A stretch of 64,000 bases of DNA from Felis catus. Taxonomy: Eukaryota. The DNA lies in NCBI RefSeq assembly GCF_018350175.1, contig NC_058368.1, positions 162,566,001 through 162,630,000 on the forward strand. Reading direction: 5' to 3'. The first letter of the stretch is position 1, and every line of letters begins with the position of its first letter. The position numbers and the translations under genes are program-made. This document shows positions 22,174 to 35,466 of the stretch, in pieces. The notes below the pieces were generated by a model. That model was not told the DNA's origin, made no database searches, and saw only the letters and a program-made list of their open reading frames with translations.

Positions 22174-22224
<51 letters not shown>

Positions 22225-22307
22225 TGCCCCTCCCCCACTTGTGCTCTGTCCTCTCTGTCTTTCAAAAGTAAATAAACATTAAAAAAAAGTTTTAATAAAT
22301 AAAATAC
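22047..22307 (+). mobile_element. Can-SINE with expanded (TG)n, inserted into the tail of an opposite-strand SINE
   Basis: TSD aaatgtttgcttattt (22030-22045 / 22308-22323). Confidence 0.94.
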
Positions 22308-22513
22308 AAATGTTTGCTTATTTGTTTTGTGAGAGAGAGCATGTATGCATGCACAAGTGCACAATCCAGGGAGGGCAAAGAGGGAGGGAAAGAATCCCAA
22401 AAGCAGGCCCCACACTGTCAGCACAGAGCCCAATGTGGGGCTGGATCCCAGGAACAGTGAGATCATAACCTGAGTCAAAATCAATTTAACCAACTGAGCC
22501 ACCCAGGTGCCCC
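22308..22513 (-). mobile_element. Older Can-SINE (host of the 22047 insertion)
   Basis: Reverse-complement head at ~22513; outer degenerate TSD catggta..ttta. Confidence 0.9.
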
Positions 22514-23255
22514 AGACCATGGTACTTTTAAATAATTTTATTTTACTGCTTAAGAAGGAGAGGTTAGACTATATAAACACACTTCATTTCACACTACTGT
22601 ATAAATCTCTCATAGATTATAAATATTATAGCCAGAGGCATCTCATGGTTTTAGGCTACCAGAAGAAAAGCATAATCACAAATGGGCATCTCCACCAGAA
22701 CCTGTAACCACACATAAGAGCAGAGTTTAATTAGTACCATGTTTCAAATAATCATTTCACCTATCACACTCAATTTCCATGACAATATTAAAATCCCAAC
22801 CCAGTAAGAAGTGTGAGGGAAATTAGAGGAGAAAAGAGGTTAAACCAAGTATTTGTTCATTCCCACTATCTTCAGAAAGTGGTTGACTGAGTAGAGAAAT
22901 ACCTAGATAGGTTAGAGAGAACTCCTAGTAGATTCTGAAAATATTTCTAGAGGATTGCCAAATCTGCAAATCTATTTGTGAATCTCAGCATCTAGTCTCA
23001 CACAAAAGTATACCTTAGTTTATAGTTTAGAAATAGTTAAGATGGTCATTAACATGAATAGAGACGAAAAAGTTTTCCTTTGTCAAGATTTCTTTTGGCT
23101 AGAAAAATGGTGGAGAGAAGAAAGTCTGTAACTCAAATGTTTACCAAAAAGCTATAACAGAAATTGATTAATCAAAAAGACATTCTTTAAAATAAAGGTA
23201 AGTTTATTACCTTCCAGTCCCCCCACCAACCTGCTTTCAGCAAGGTTAAATCTTG

Positions 23256-23380
23256 AAAGAAAGCAAGAAAGCAAGGAAGAAGAAAGGAAGGAAGGAAGGA
23301 AAGAAGGAAAGAAGGAAGGAAAAAGAAACCAAGCAAGAGTGACAGAGAGGGTTGGGGGAAGAAAGGGAGTGAAGGGGACA
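23256..23380. repeat. Purine-rich (GGAA/GAAA)n low-complexity tract
   Basis: Direct reading. Confidence 0.85.
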
Positions 23381-25596
23381 AACTAACTGTAAAAAATAAA
23401 GATGCTACATATTTTGATATTTGAATATCATGTACAAAATTATAACCACAGAAATTTTCAAATCCTAGAACACAAGATGCTGCTGCAATGTCTTAAAAAA
23501 CTTTTTCTGTATAGGAGAAAAGAGAAATTGTGTAAGTAGCAGCAGAAGGAATCAAAAGAGATCCCTAATTTGCAAATGACGTTATGATTTTTTTTTCTCT
23601 TTCAATTCATTTATCCTCTAAGGTCAATAAATTATTTTCCCAAACAAGTATTTATTTGTAATAGTTAAAAACTCCTCTTTCCAATTATCTATTTTTCTCT
23701 CATTTCACTGTTAATTTTTCTTGCTTCCCTTGCTATACCTCTCTCCCTTTCTTCCCTGAAATTGTATCAGCTATATTATCAATTTGCATGGGAAATTTTT
23801 ACTCAACATGATATTCTCACAAAAGACTGACTTACGGGTTATCATAAATCAGAAAAAATCTCTGAGAAGATGAATGAATATGTGTTTCTCCCATATCACA
23901 CATAAGGTGCATGAGAAAGAACAGGATGGGGTCAGAATCAAGTCTTCCCCAGAGTTCTAGAAAGCTCACTGCAGTATGCAGAACCCTCTAGAACTGGTAG
24001 TCAAGAACCAACATTATTTTACATTTCTTGCCTAACTTTTAGTCAACCGTGCCTGGTTTCCTCTCTTAACCTTAACATTAATTTGTAATTATTATGTCCC
24101 GGTTCTTTTTGATATTCTTAGCAGCACACCCAACAACTTTTGTTCTTCTCATTAAATACATGTCACAAAAAGCTGAGATGAGAAGATGTTATATTAATTT
24201 TTTTTTATTAAGCAGGACATTAGTTTATATTCTCTGAAGTGGAATCACGCACCTTTAATTTAATTAAACTGCACATTTTGAGATAAATCAATGAGGTGAA
24301 ATTTACTACTATGAAACGTACTATTTTTAATGTCTAAATTTTATGTGACTTAAAAACACACTCTCCTAAAATCAGCAATCAATTTGATAGTTCCAAAAGT
24401 ACTTAAAATCCCTCATTTTAATAAGGATGTTATGGTATACAGCTTTTAGGAACGAGTGGCAGTTGTATTCATTATTTTATTGGATGTATCAGGAGACATA
24501 TATTTCCCTCTAATTTCACTAGAGTCGCATTAGAAGTCTTTTCACTATTAAAAAGAATCCACAATAAAATATATGTGCCTTGTCAAAACAAAAAGGATGA
24601 AACATTCTAAGGTATCAAATGATATGTATCATGATGTAATCTAGATGCTTTAGTGATATACTGCTTGTGTCTGATAGAGATCTGAAGCCACATAAATAAC
24701 TAATAGATGAAATTATGCTGTAAATAACACACCTATAAATATCCAAGGGAAGAAAAGAAAACCTGAACAGAATAGAATTCAATTCTTTTCTGTTCTTAAG
24801 AGTAGCCTGTCATCAGTGATATTACAAAGGAGACAAGATTCTAATTCTATGGAACTAACACAAGTGACTGACAGAAACATCCATAATGCAAAACATACTT
24901 TAGACGGATTTATGAAGTAAATCAGATGTCTTTTTGTGTGTTTAGTTTTTATCTTCTGCACACTATATGCTAGAGCACAGATTCCACTATTGTATTTCCA
25001 AGTTAACCAACAAACCACAGATAACTCAGGGTTCACTTTTTTTTTTTAATATAAGATAGAGAAAACAAAAATAAGCAAACCAAAGAGTCATTTGCATTTA
25101 AATGGTAGTAACTATAGAGTTGTAAATGCAGCTGGTAAATACAAAGAGAGTCAAATTAAACCAGGACAATTTTTACGCAAGAAAATATTCTTGAACTTGT
25201 TCTATGTGGGTGGGCCTCAGGAATTGCTGGATGTTGGGTGCATTTCTTCGTGGTATGGAACCCTGTGAAAACCTCTCCTAAGCAAGAAATTAAGATTCTG
25301 GCTACTGGAGTGCATCGGTCTGGGTCACATTTCCTGAGAAGTGTCTGCACACATTTTATCACTGCAGTTGCTATATTGCACAAATTGTTTCTCCAAACTT
25401 TGCTACAATTCTATTCAGCAACTTCACTTTGCTCTTCCATTCTACTCCAATCTGTTTCCTCATCAAAACATAATCAAAATGAAATAACTCCCCAGTTCAC
25501 CTTTTCTGAAGTAAATCTAGTTGTGCCTATGTTGTGCTCATACTTCCTCATGAAATTCATTGTGAGGGGGATGAGGAAATACATAAAGTCTCAAGA

Positions 25597-25735
25597 GAGT
25601 GGTCTTCACAAAGGGCATAACCTGCACACTCGGAAGAAATGAGGAATCCTAGGCTCCAACCCAGACCTTCTCAATCAAAATCTTGACTTTAACAAATTCC
25701 TAAATGATTCTAATGCGTAGTAAACACTGAATCAT
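25597..25735. mobile_element. MER5-like MITE remnant
   Basis: ccagaccttctcaatcaaaatct..tttaacaaattcctaaatgattctaatgc. Confidence 0.5.
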
Positions 25736-26759
25736 CCAGCCAAAAAATATACAGATGTGAAGTCAGCCCCATCTTCTAGAAAGCTATTGAAGCAAAATTC
25801 ATGCATAGTAATATAAAAAATGTTCTTTATGTGAATATAGATAGAAACATATTAACCTGAAAGATAATTAGCCATGTGGGGATGGCAGATTATCACATTT
25901 ATATGAAACCAAAAACATAAAAATATTTACTGAGATAATTGTAAAAAGTATATTTTAACCAGTAAATATAATATTATTAAATAAACAAGTGTAGATATTT
26001 CTTATCAAGTGAATGGTTAGGCACAAGGTATTATGTATGTGTCTGTAAATGTACCCAAGTATGTATGTATAGAAAGCTAACTACATATATACTTTTGTAA
26101 CTATTTAAGAACACATTGCAGACATTGTATCACTTTATCCAAAATACTCCTGTGTCTTAAGAATGGTGATATTCTTTTACATAACCAGTGTACAATTACC
26201 GAAATCAAAAAAATTAATACTGTTGCAATGCAATTATCTAATCCACAGTCCATATAAAAATTTCACACACTGTTGCAAAATGTGTACTGTAACAATTTTC
26301 TCCAATCTAAAATCCCATCCAGATAAAAGTTGAAAAAAAAATTTTTTTAAATAAAAAAAATAAATAAATAAACGTTGAAAAAAAAAATTTTTAAATCCCA
26401 TCCAGGACTATGCATTAAATGTAGTTGTCATGTTTAATTAGTCTGTTGTATGTGGAGTGGTTTCTTAACTTTTTTTTTCCTTTTTTAATTTAAATTATAA
26501 TTATTTAACATACAGTGCAATATTGGTTTCAGGAGAATTCAGTGACTCATCACTTACATATAACACCCAGTGATCATCAAAACAAGTGCCCTCCTTAGTA
26601 CCCATCACCCATCTAGCCCATCTCCCACCCACCTCCTTATGTCAACCCATAGTTTGTTCTCTATCATTAAAAGTCTTTTGTGATTTGTTTCCCTCTCTTC
26701 TCTTTCCCCCATTCCCATATGTTCATCTCTTTTGTTTCTTAAATTCCACACGTGAATGA

Positions 26760-29700
26760 AATCATATGGTATTTGTCCCTCTCTGATTGACTTATTTTGC
26801 TAGCATAATACATTCTAGCCTCATCCACATCATTGCAAATGGCAATATTTCATTATTTTTTATGGCTAATATTCCATTGTATATGCATACCGTGTGTTCT
26901 TTATCCATTCATCAGTTGGTGGTCATTTTGGCTCTCTCCATAGTTTGGCCATCGTTGATAATACTATGAACACTGGGGTACATGTACCAGTTCAAATCTG
27001 TATTTTTGTGTCCTTTGGTAAATACCTAATAGCACAATTGTTAGTTGGTAGCACAGTTCTATTTTTAATTCCTTGAGAAACCTCCATAATGTTCTCCAGA
27101 GTGGCTGCACCAGTTTGCATTCTCACCAAGAGTGCAAGAGGTTTCCCCTTTCCCCTTATTCTTGTCAGTATCTGTTTCTTGTTTTGTTAATTTTGCCATT
27201 CTAACAGGAGTGGCATTGTGGTTGTGATTTGTAATTCCCTGATGATGAATGATGTTGAACATCACTTCATGTGTCTGTTAGCCATCTAGATGTGTTCTTT
27301 GCAAAAGTGTCCATTCCTGTCTCTGCCCATTTCTTAACTGGGTTATTTGGTTTGGGGTGTTGAATTTGAGAAGTTTTTTTTTTTACAGATTTTGGATACT
27401 AACCCTTTATCAGACATGTCATTTGCAAATATCTTCTCCTATTCCATAGGCTGCCTTTTAGTTTTTTTTATCGTTTCCTTCGCTGTGCAGTAGCTTTTTA
27501 TGTTGATGAAGTGCCAATAGTTTGTGTTTGCTTTTGCTTCCCTTGCCAAAAGTGATGTGTCTAGTAAGCAGTTGCTCCAATCGATGTCAAAGAGGTTGCT
27601 GCCCATGTTCTCCTCTAGGATTTTGATGGTTCCCTGTGTCACATTTAGATTTTTCATCCATTTTGAACTTATTTTTGTGTATGCTGTAAGAAAGTAATCC
27701 AGTTTCATTCTTCTGCATATCGCTGTCCAGTTTTCCTAACATCATTTGTTGAAAAGACTTTTTCCAATTGGATATTCTTTCTTGCTTTGTTGAAGATAAA
27801 TTGACCATACAGTTGTGGACCCATTTCTGGGTTTCCTATTCTGTTCCATTGATCTATGTGTCTGTTTTTGTGCCAATACAATATAGCTTGAAATGCAAAA
27901 TTGTAATGCCTCCAGTTTTTTGTTTGTTTGTTTGTTTGTTTGTTTGTTTGTTTGTTTGTTTGTTTTTAGGATTGCTTTGGCTATTTAGGGTGTTTTGTGG
28001 TTCCATACAAATTTTAAGATTGTTTGTTCTAGCTCAGTGAAAAAATTCTGGTGGTATTTTGTTAGAGATTGCATTAAATGTGTAGAATGCTTTGGGTAGT
28101 ATAGACATTCTAACAATGTTTGTTCTTCCAATCCATGAGCATGAAATATTTTTCCATTTCTTTGTGTCATCTTTAATTTTTTCTATAAGTTGTATATTGT
28201 TTTTAGAGTATAGATCTTTTCCTCTTTACTTAGGTTTACTGCTGGAATCTTATTGTTTTTGGTGCAATTGCAAATGGAATTTATTCCTCTGCTGCTTTGT
28301 TATTGGTATACAGAAATGCAACAGATTTCTGCACATTGATTTTATGTCCTTTGAGTTTGCTGAATTCATGTATTAGTTCTAGCAATTTTTGGGTGAAGTC
28401 TTTCAGGTTTTCTACATAGAGTTTCATGTCGTCTGCAAATAGTAGAAGTCTGATTTCTTCCTTGCCAATTTGGATGCCTTTTATTTCTTTTTATTGTCTG
28501 ATTGCTGAGGCTAAGATTTCCAGTACTGTGTTAAATAGTAAGTGAGAGTGGACATTCTTGTCTCCTTCCTGATCATAGGGGAAAGGCTCTTAGTTTTTTC
28601 ACATTGAGGATGATATTAGCTGTGGATCTTCTGTATATGTCCTTTATGATGTTGAGGCATGTTCTATCTGTCCCTACTTTGTTGAGGGTTTTTATCAAAA
28701 ACGGATGCTGTATTTTGTCAAATGCTTTTTCTGCATCTATTGAGAGGATCATATGGCTCTTATTCTTATTTTTATTAATGTGGTGTATCACACTGATTGA
28801 TTTGCAAATATTGAACCAGCCCTGTAGCACAGAAATAAATCCCACTTGATCATGGTGAATAATTCTTTTAAAGTACTGTTGAATTTGATTTGCTAATATC
28901 TGGTTGAGAATTTTTGCATCCATGTTCATCAGGGATATTGGCCTATAATTCTCCTTTTTTAGTGGGGTCTTTGTCTGGTCTTGGAATCAAGGTAATGCTG
29001 GTTTCATAGAATGAATTTAGAAGTTGTCCTTCTATTTTTTGGAACAGTTTGAGAAGAATGGTTATTAACTCTTCTTTAAATGTCTGGTAGAATTCCCCTG
29101 GAAAGCCATCTGGCCCAAGACTCTTGTTTGTTGGGAGATTTTTGATTCCTGATTCAGTTTCTTTGCTGGATATGAATCTGTTCAAATTTTCTATTTCTTC
29201 CTGTTTCAGCTTTGGTAGTTTGCGAGTTTCTAGGAAACTGTCCAATTCTTCCAGATTGCCCAATTTGTTGGCATATAATTTTTCATAGTATTCTCTTATA
29301 ATTGTTTGTATTTCTGTGCTGTTGGTTGTGATCTTTCGTCTTTCATTCGTGATTCTATTTGGGTCCTTTATTTTTTTTAGTGTTTATTTTTGAGGGGGAG
29401 AGAGAGTGGGGAAAGGCAGAGAGAGAGAGCAAGACAGAGATCCAAAGCAGGCTCAAATTCACGAACTGTGAGATCATGACCTGAGCCAAGTTGGAGGCTT
29501 AACTGAATGAGCCACTCAGGCACCCCTCTTTTTTCTTTTTGATGAGTCTGGCTAGGGGATTGTCAATTTTGTTAATTCCTTCATAGAACCAGCTGTTAGT
29601 TTCATTGATCTGTTCTACCATTCTTTTGTTTCTATATCATTTATTTCTGTTCTAATCTTTATTATGTCCTTTTGCTGGCTTTAGGTTATATTTGCTGTTC

Positions 29701-30639
29701 CTTTTCTAGTTCCTTTAGGTGCAAGTTTAGACTGTGTATTTAGGACCTTTCTTGCTCCCTGAGATAGGCCTGAATTGCAAAATACTTTCCTCTTAACACT
29801 ACCTTTGCTATATCCCAAAGGTTTTCGACTGCTGTGTTTTCATTTGCATCCATGTATTTTTTAAGTTTCTTAATTTCCTGGTTAACCGTTTCATTCTTTA
29901 CTAGGACGTTCTTTAATCTCCATGTATTTAAGTGCTTTTGAATTTTTTTTTCTTGTGGTTGACTTTGAGTTTCATAGCAGTGTGATCTGAAATATGCATG
30001 ATATAGTCTTGATGTTTTTGTAGTTGTTGAAAGCTGATTTGTGACCCAGTATGTGATCTATTCTGGAGAATGTTCCATGTGCACTTGATAAGAATGTGCA
30101 TTCTGCTACTTTAGGATGAAATGTTCTGAATATTATGTTAATCCATCCAGTCCAGTGTGCCACTCAGAGCCATTTTTTTCATATTGATTTTCTGTCCATT
30201 GCTCTAAGTGGGGTGTTAAAGTCCTCTACTATTATTGTGTTATTATCAGTAAGTTTCTTTATGCTTGTGATTGATTTATATATTTGGATGCCTCCAAGTT
30301 AGGGGAGATAATTATTTATAATTGTAAGATATTATTGATGGATAGACCCCTTAATTATGATATAATGTTCTTCTTTATCTGTTACATTCTGTTTTAAAAT
30401 CTAGTTTGTCTGATGTAAGTATGGCTACTCCAGCTTTCTTCCCACATCCATTAACATGATATATGGTCCTCCATCCTCTCACTTTCAATCTGCAGGTATC
30501 TCTAGGTCCGAAATGAATCTCTTCTAGGCAGCATATTGATAGGTCTTTTGTTTTTCCATTCTGATACCTATGTCTTTTGATTGGAGCATTTAGTCCATTT
30601 ATATTCAGTGATTATAGAATGACACAAATTTAGTGCCAT
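26760..30639 (-). pseudogene. Disrupted L1 ORF2 (endonuclease/reverse transcriptase)
   Basis: ATG at 30639. Fragments [78 protein letters not shown]; many stops and frameshifts. The 3' boundary is approximate. Confidence 0.92.
29367..29526 (-). mobile_element. Can-SINE (internally deleted) inside L1 ORF2
   Basis: Reverse-complement head at 29526; the body lacks its middle segment. Confidence 0.88.
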
Positions 30640-30699
30640 TGTGTTACCTGTAGAGTTAATGTTTCTACTGATGCTTTCTGGCCCTTTCTAGTCTCTGTT

Positions 30700-31605
30700 G
30701 CTTTTGGTCTTCTTTTTTCCACTCAAAAGTCCCCCTTAAAATTTCTTGGACAGCTGGTTTAGCTGGTCACAAAGTCCTTTAGTTTTTCTATGGGAAACTC
30801 TTTCTCTCTCCTCCTTTACTGAATGACAGCCTTGCTGGATAATTAATTCTTGGCTGCATTTTTTTTCCATTCAGCATGTTAAATATATCTTGCCACTCCT
30901 TTCTTGCCTGCCAAGAGTCTGTGGGAAGATCTGCTGTAAACCTGATCTGTCTTTCCTTTAGGTTAAGGATTTTTTTTTTCCCTTGTTGCTTTCAGGATTT
31001 CTCCCTTGTCTGTGTATTTTCTGGATTTTACCAAGATATGTCTTGGTAATGGCCAGCTTTTGTTGAATTAATGGGAGTTCTCAGTGCTTCTTGGATTTTC
31101 ATATCTGTGTCCTTCCCCCAATTAGTGAATTTTTCACATATAATTTACTCACATAAACCTTCTTCCCTTTTTCTTTCTCTTCATCTTCTGGGACTCTTAT
31201 GATATAAATGTTATCAGATTTTAATAAATCACTGAATTCCATAAGTCTGCCTTCATGATCCCTGACCTTTGTTTCCCTCTCTTTTTCAGCTTAATTATTT
31301 TCCATAATTTTATCTTCTGTACTGCTGATTCATTCTTCTGTCTCACCCATCCTCATTTTTATGGCCTCTGTTTGGATTTGCATCTCAGTTATAGCATTTT
31401 TAATGTCAACTGACTGGATTTTAGTTTTCTTATCTCGGCAGAAAGGAATTCTCTGTCTTCTATACTTTTATTCAATCCCAGCTAGAATCCTTATAATTGT
31501 TGTTTTAAATTCTAGTTCAGACATCTTACTTATATCTGCATTGACTAAATCCCTGGCCACCATTTCTTCCTCTTTCTTTTGAGGTGAATTCTTCCATCCT
31601 GTCAT
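30700..31605 (-). pseudogene. Disrupted L1 ORF1
   Basis: MTGWKNSPQKKEEEMVARDLVNADISKMSELEFKTTIIRILAGIE* resembles the carnivore L1 ORF1p N-terminus; early stop. Confidence 0.88.
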
Positions 31606-31730
31606 TTTGGAGGAAGAAAAAAATAATAATAATAGAATGAAATGAAAATTAAAAAAAAATTGCAAATCAAATAAAAGAAGCTAGATCCTAGGTGTTTTTG
31701 TCTGCTTAAGAGAATCTTTACAGAAAAAAA

Positions 31731-31786
<56 letters not shown>

Positions 31787-33699
31787 AAAAAGAAGAGAGG
31801 AAAAAAATTAAAAATAAAATATTTTTTAAAATGTTGCTCTTTATCCAAGAAACAAAGCAAACAACAACAACAACAACAACAAAACTAGAAGCAACAACAA
31901 AAAACAAAAGAACAAACAAAAAACCCAAATGAAGCTAGATCCAGTGTCCCCTAGAGCTGAGACTTTGCAGCAGTCTATGGTCAGTAGACCAAGCTTGTGG
32001 AAGGGATTTTTGCTGGTCTTGTAGGGGAGGAGCTGGAGGCTGCAGGTGGGCAGGGTTTTGTGTAACTGCTCCGTCCTCCACTTGGTGGTGCTGTTTAGCT
32101 CACTGAGGTCCATCAGTGCTGGTGGGGTAACGGTGAAAATGGCTTCACCTAACCCTCTAGTCTACAGAGCAGGAAATTCGCATCCTCACAGATGAGCCAT
32201 CAGTCACCCCTCCTGTGTCCTCCAATTCTGTCAGCTCCCTACCTTCCCTGTCTATGTCCAAGCTGTACACCTACCAGGCAGTGCCGCTCCCCAGAATTTT
32301 ATCTCAGGTGTGGTTGTATTTCAAAACTTGACACTTCAGAGATCCCTGTGGTTGGGACCTGCAGTGATCTTCTTGGGGAGGGTCTCACCGTGCTGTGGCC
32401 AGGGCTGGCTTGTCCCAGTAAATAGTCACACCCCATGCAGCGGTAGCCGCTCAGAGTTTATGGTAAATCAGAAAACACAACCGGTACCCATGTTTGCTGC
32501 CCGCAGCTGGAATCTTTGTTCCTATACAGGCAGCATAATAGTGTCTTCTGTGTCTTTTGCCTGAGGAGAGGGCATATGCCAAACACACTCCAAGCAGGGG
32601 AACAGCTTCTCCCCAAGGGACCCAAGGGATTCTGAGACTGCGCTGCCTACTCCCTGGGCTCCATCCTTTTTCCTCACAAGAGCACCACCAAAGGATGACC
32701 TTTAAAACGTCAGACTCTGTGCTCCCATTATAAAAAACTGGCAGTATTCTCCTTCTCCCCTGTCAACGGTTTTGGGGTGTCCCGTGTGCATGTTTTCATT
32801 CTTTCTCTCTAGCTGCTTTCGGGGGCAGGGGGGCGCTTTCTTGTGTAAGTCTGACACTCTGCTCTCCCCTTCTGTTTTTCTCCTCTCTGTGGAAACAGCT
32901 CCCTCCCCTCTGCAGCACCAGCTCTTCTCTCCCCCCATTCATCTCTTCACATCTCTTACCTGTCCATTCTCTCCCTAAAATTATGCAGAGTGTTCTGTTA
33001 ATTCTCAGATGGGTTGATTTCCTAGGTATTCAAAATGGTTTGATGTTGATCTAGGTGTGTTCCAGGCACAAGACAAATCCAAGGTCCCCTTGCTATTCCA
33101 CCATCTTAACTCCTGTATCTCTTACCATTTTTTAATGACCTTAATATTTTTTAAAAGTACAAACTAATATTTTTATTAAGCGTCCCTCAACTTTGATGTG
33201 AGTGATATTGCCCCTTGTTGAGACTGAGATTATGCACTTTGGCAGGAAAACAGAGAAGTAATGTTGCACCCTTGTAGGTACATATTACCAGGAGACATGT
33301 AGGTTTGTTGGTTTGTCCTAAGATTGGTGATTCCCCCATCTACCCACCGTAAAGTTATTGGTTTTTTTTATTCAATTAATATGTAATTGGTGGGAGATAC
33401 TTCACAATTGTATATACAACTTCTTTATTATTAAATATTCACCCACCGTCACAGCATCAAAATTATTCTTACTTGAAGTAATGATTGTGCTGACAGTTGC
33501 CACTTGGTGAATTTTATATATTTGACAAGATGTGACTTTGTTTCAGGAAAGTGTATTATTGCACTTTATTTCTACATTGCTTATTTTTCCCAGGTGGAAA
33601 GAATACTAGTGGACTGGTTTTGTCACCAGAAACACCACCATTATTATATGTCAGCACATGAGATAAACTTTTGTAATGTGATGGCTTATTTTCACTTTT

Positions 33700-33850
33700 T
33701 CAACCTCTACCATCTAATTATTCTGTAACTTTGGGGAAGTAACTTGCTCTCTAAGCTTCAGTTTCTCCACTTCAAATTGGAAATTATGTTAACTCTGCAG
33801 AGTTTATGTGATAAAATAGTTTATGTAAAATATTTAGCATTAAAGCTGGC
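33700..33850 (+). mobile_element. MIR fragment
   Basis: tgtaactttggggaagtaactt..ctctaagcttcagtttctcc MIR core. Confidence 0.75.
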
Positions 33851-33884
33851 GGAATAAAAAGAATCTGGGGAACAGTTTTTGCTT

Positions 33885-34860
33885 AAAATAAAAAGGACTA
33901 ATTTTCTGTATATTAGAAGAGTTCTTACAAATCAGTAAGAAAAAAACTTAAAGCAAAAAGGACAAATTATGCAAATGGACAATTTACAGAAAAAGAAATG
34001 TGCATGGCTGGCCAACATGTTAAAAGGATACAAATTTACCCACACTTGCAGTGATATTCATTACAGTAACAAAGTATATTTTCACCCATCAGATTGGAAA
34101 AAGTTTTAAAGTTCCATAACACACCCTGCCAGTGAGAATAGGAGGAAATCAGCACTCTCAAAATCTGTAGGAGTGGATTTGCCAAGAGCTATTAAATTAC
34201 AGACTCAAATAATCTTTGATTCAGCAACAACACTTGTAAGAATGGGGAGACATCCACACATGTCAGCGAAAGTCAGGGTATTTTAAAAATTCAGATGTTC
34301 ACTACATAATGTTTATTATAGGAAAAGACCAAAAATTCTATAAATACCCATCCATGGGGAAATGTTTAGATAAATCTTGGTATATGCATATCATGGAGTA
34401 CAATACAGCCATCCAAAAGGAGGGAAAAGGGACACTAGTCCTATCACACACTGCAGGGCTAATCAGTACACAGATGTTGAAAGGCAATTCAGCAGTATCT
34501 GTCATAATTGCAAATGTTGACCTAAATGTCCCCAGAGGAGTGAGCCCATAAAACAATCCAAAGCTAGGCACTCAGAAAGAAAGAGCTCTAAGGCACACCT
34601 CAGAGTGAAAAGCAAGTAACCAAATGCATATGTATGTATTTACATTAAACTGTAACAAATTATGTGTGTGTGTGTGTGTATTTAATATATAAATGTGAAA
34701 AGAAAGGTCTGAAAGGATGTATGCCAAAGTGATGTCTCTATAGACCACTCAGGAGACAGAGGATTGGGCTTGGGGGGAGGGCAAAAAAATGGACCTAATG
34801 TTCTCCATAGGATTTCATTTTGTGGGAAAAAAATACTTTTTTCCCATTGCTGATTTTGCA
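33885..34860 (+). mobile_element. Ancient L1ME-like 3' fragment
   Basis: gagttcttacaaatcagtaagaaaaa, ttcacccatcagattgg, aaatacccatccatgggg..tggtatatgcata..atggagtaca. Confidence 0.7.
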
Positions 34861-34879
34861 CTTCAAAATTAATTTTCCA

Positions 34880-35085
34880 GAGGCACCTGGGAGGCTCAGA
34901 TGGTTAAATGTCTGACTCTTGATTTTGGTTTAGGTCATGATTTCACAGTCCGTGAGTTCGAGCCCCATGTCAGGCTCTGCGCTGACAGCATGGAGCCTGC
35001 TTGGGATTATCTCTCTCTCCCTCTCTCTCTGCCCCTCTCCTGCTTGCATGCTTTCTCTCTCTCAAAATAAATAAATAAATTTTAA
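34880..35085 (+). mobile_element. Can-SINE
   Basis: TSD aaaattaattttc. Confidence 0.92.
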
Positions 35086-35319
35086 AAATTAATTTTCTAA
35101 AAATTATACTCAGAAAAAATGAAAATACATCTTTAAGTGGTATGGTAGTGTGCATGCCCAAATGCCCTGCATATAACCTCAGTTGTAGAGAGACAAGACA
35201 GAATGAAGGGAGAGGCTCTGAACACATAAATGTGGGTACAGACTAAACATTGTCTGCAAGGACACAGGAAGTCTTCAAAGATGGGGATGGGACTGAGATG
35301 CTGGCATAAGACAGAGGTT

Positions 35320-35466
35320 TATGTGAAGTGATAGATGTTTTAAATAACCTTATTGGACTCATTTCACAATATATACATATACCAAATCATTATGTTGTAC
35401 ACCTTAAATTTATACAATGTTTTATTTCAATTATACCTCAGTAAACCTGCAAGAAAAATAAATAAA
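35320..35466 (+). mobile_element. Short L1M 3' end
   Basis: catttcacaatatatacatatac..ttgtacaccttaaatttatacaat..aataaa. Confidence 0.8.

Larger units (their letters stand above)
26470..33114 (-). mobile_element. Full-length degenerate carnivore L1 (~6.6 kb)
   Basis: 5' end aggagttaagatggtgg at 33114; GC-richer 5' UTR; ORF1 and ORF2 remnants; 3' UTR and poly(A) at ~26470. Contains a SINE (29367-29526), (GTTT)n at ~27917-27965 and (GAAA)n at ~31722-31790. Confidence 0.95.
26085..33520 (-). mobile_element. Old L1MC-like 3' region, split into ~26085-26469 and ~33115-33520 by the full-length L1
   Basis: attcttttacataacca..ctaatccacagtccata..tagttgtcatgt on the left resumes as atgaccttaata..gattatgcactttggcagga on the right. 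Confidence 0.7.

Noticed and set aside
25238..25642. 134-aa ORF (similar-length ORFs at 9168-9572, 47783-48193, 51308-51715)
   Set aside because: No recognisable domain; several start at non-ATG codons and some overlap repeats.
32000..33114. GC-richer stretch resembling a gene promoter
   Set aside because: It is the 5' UTR of the full-length L1.
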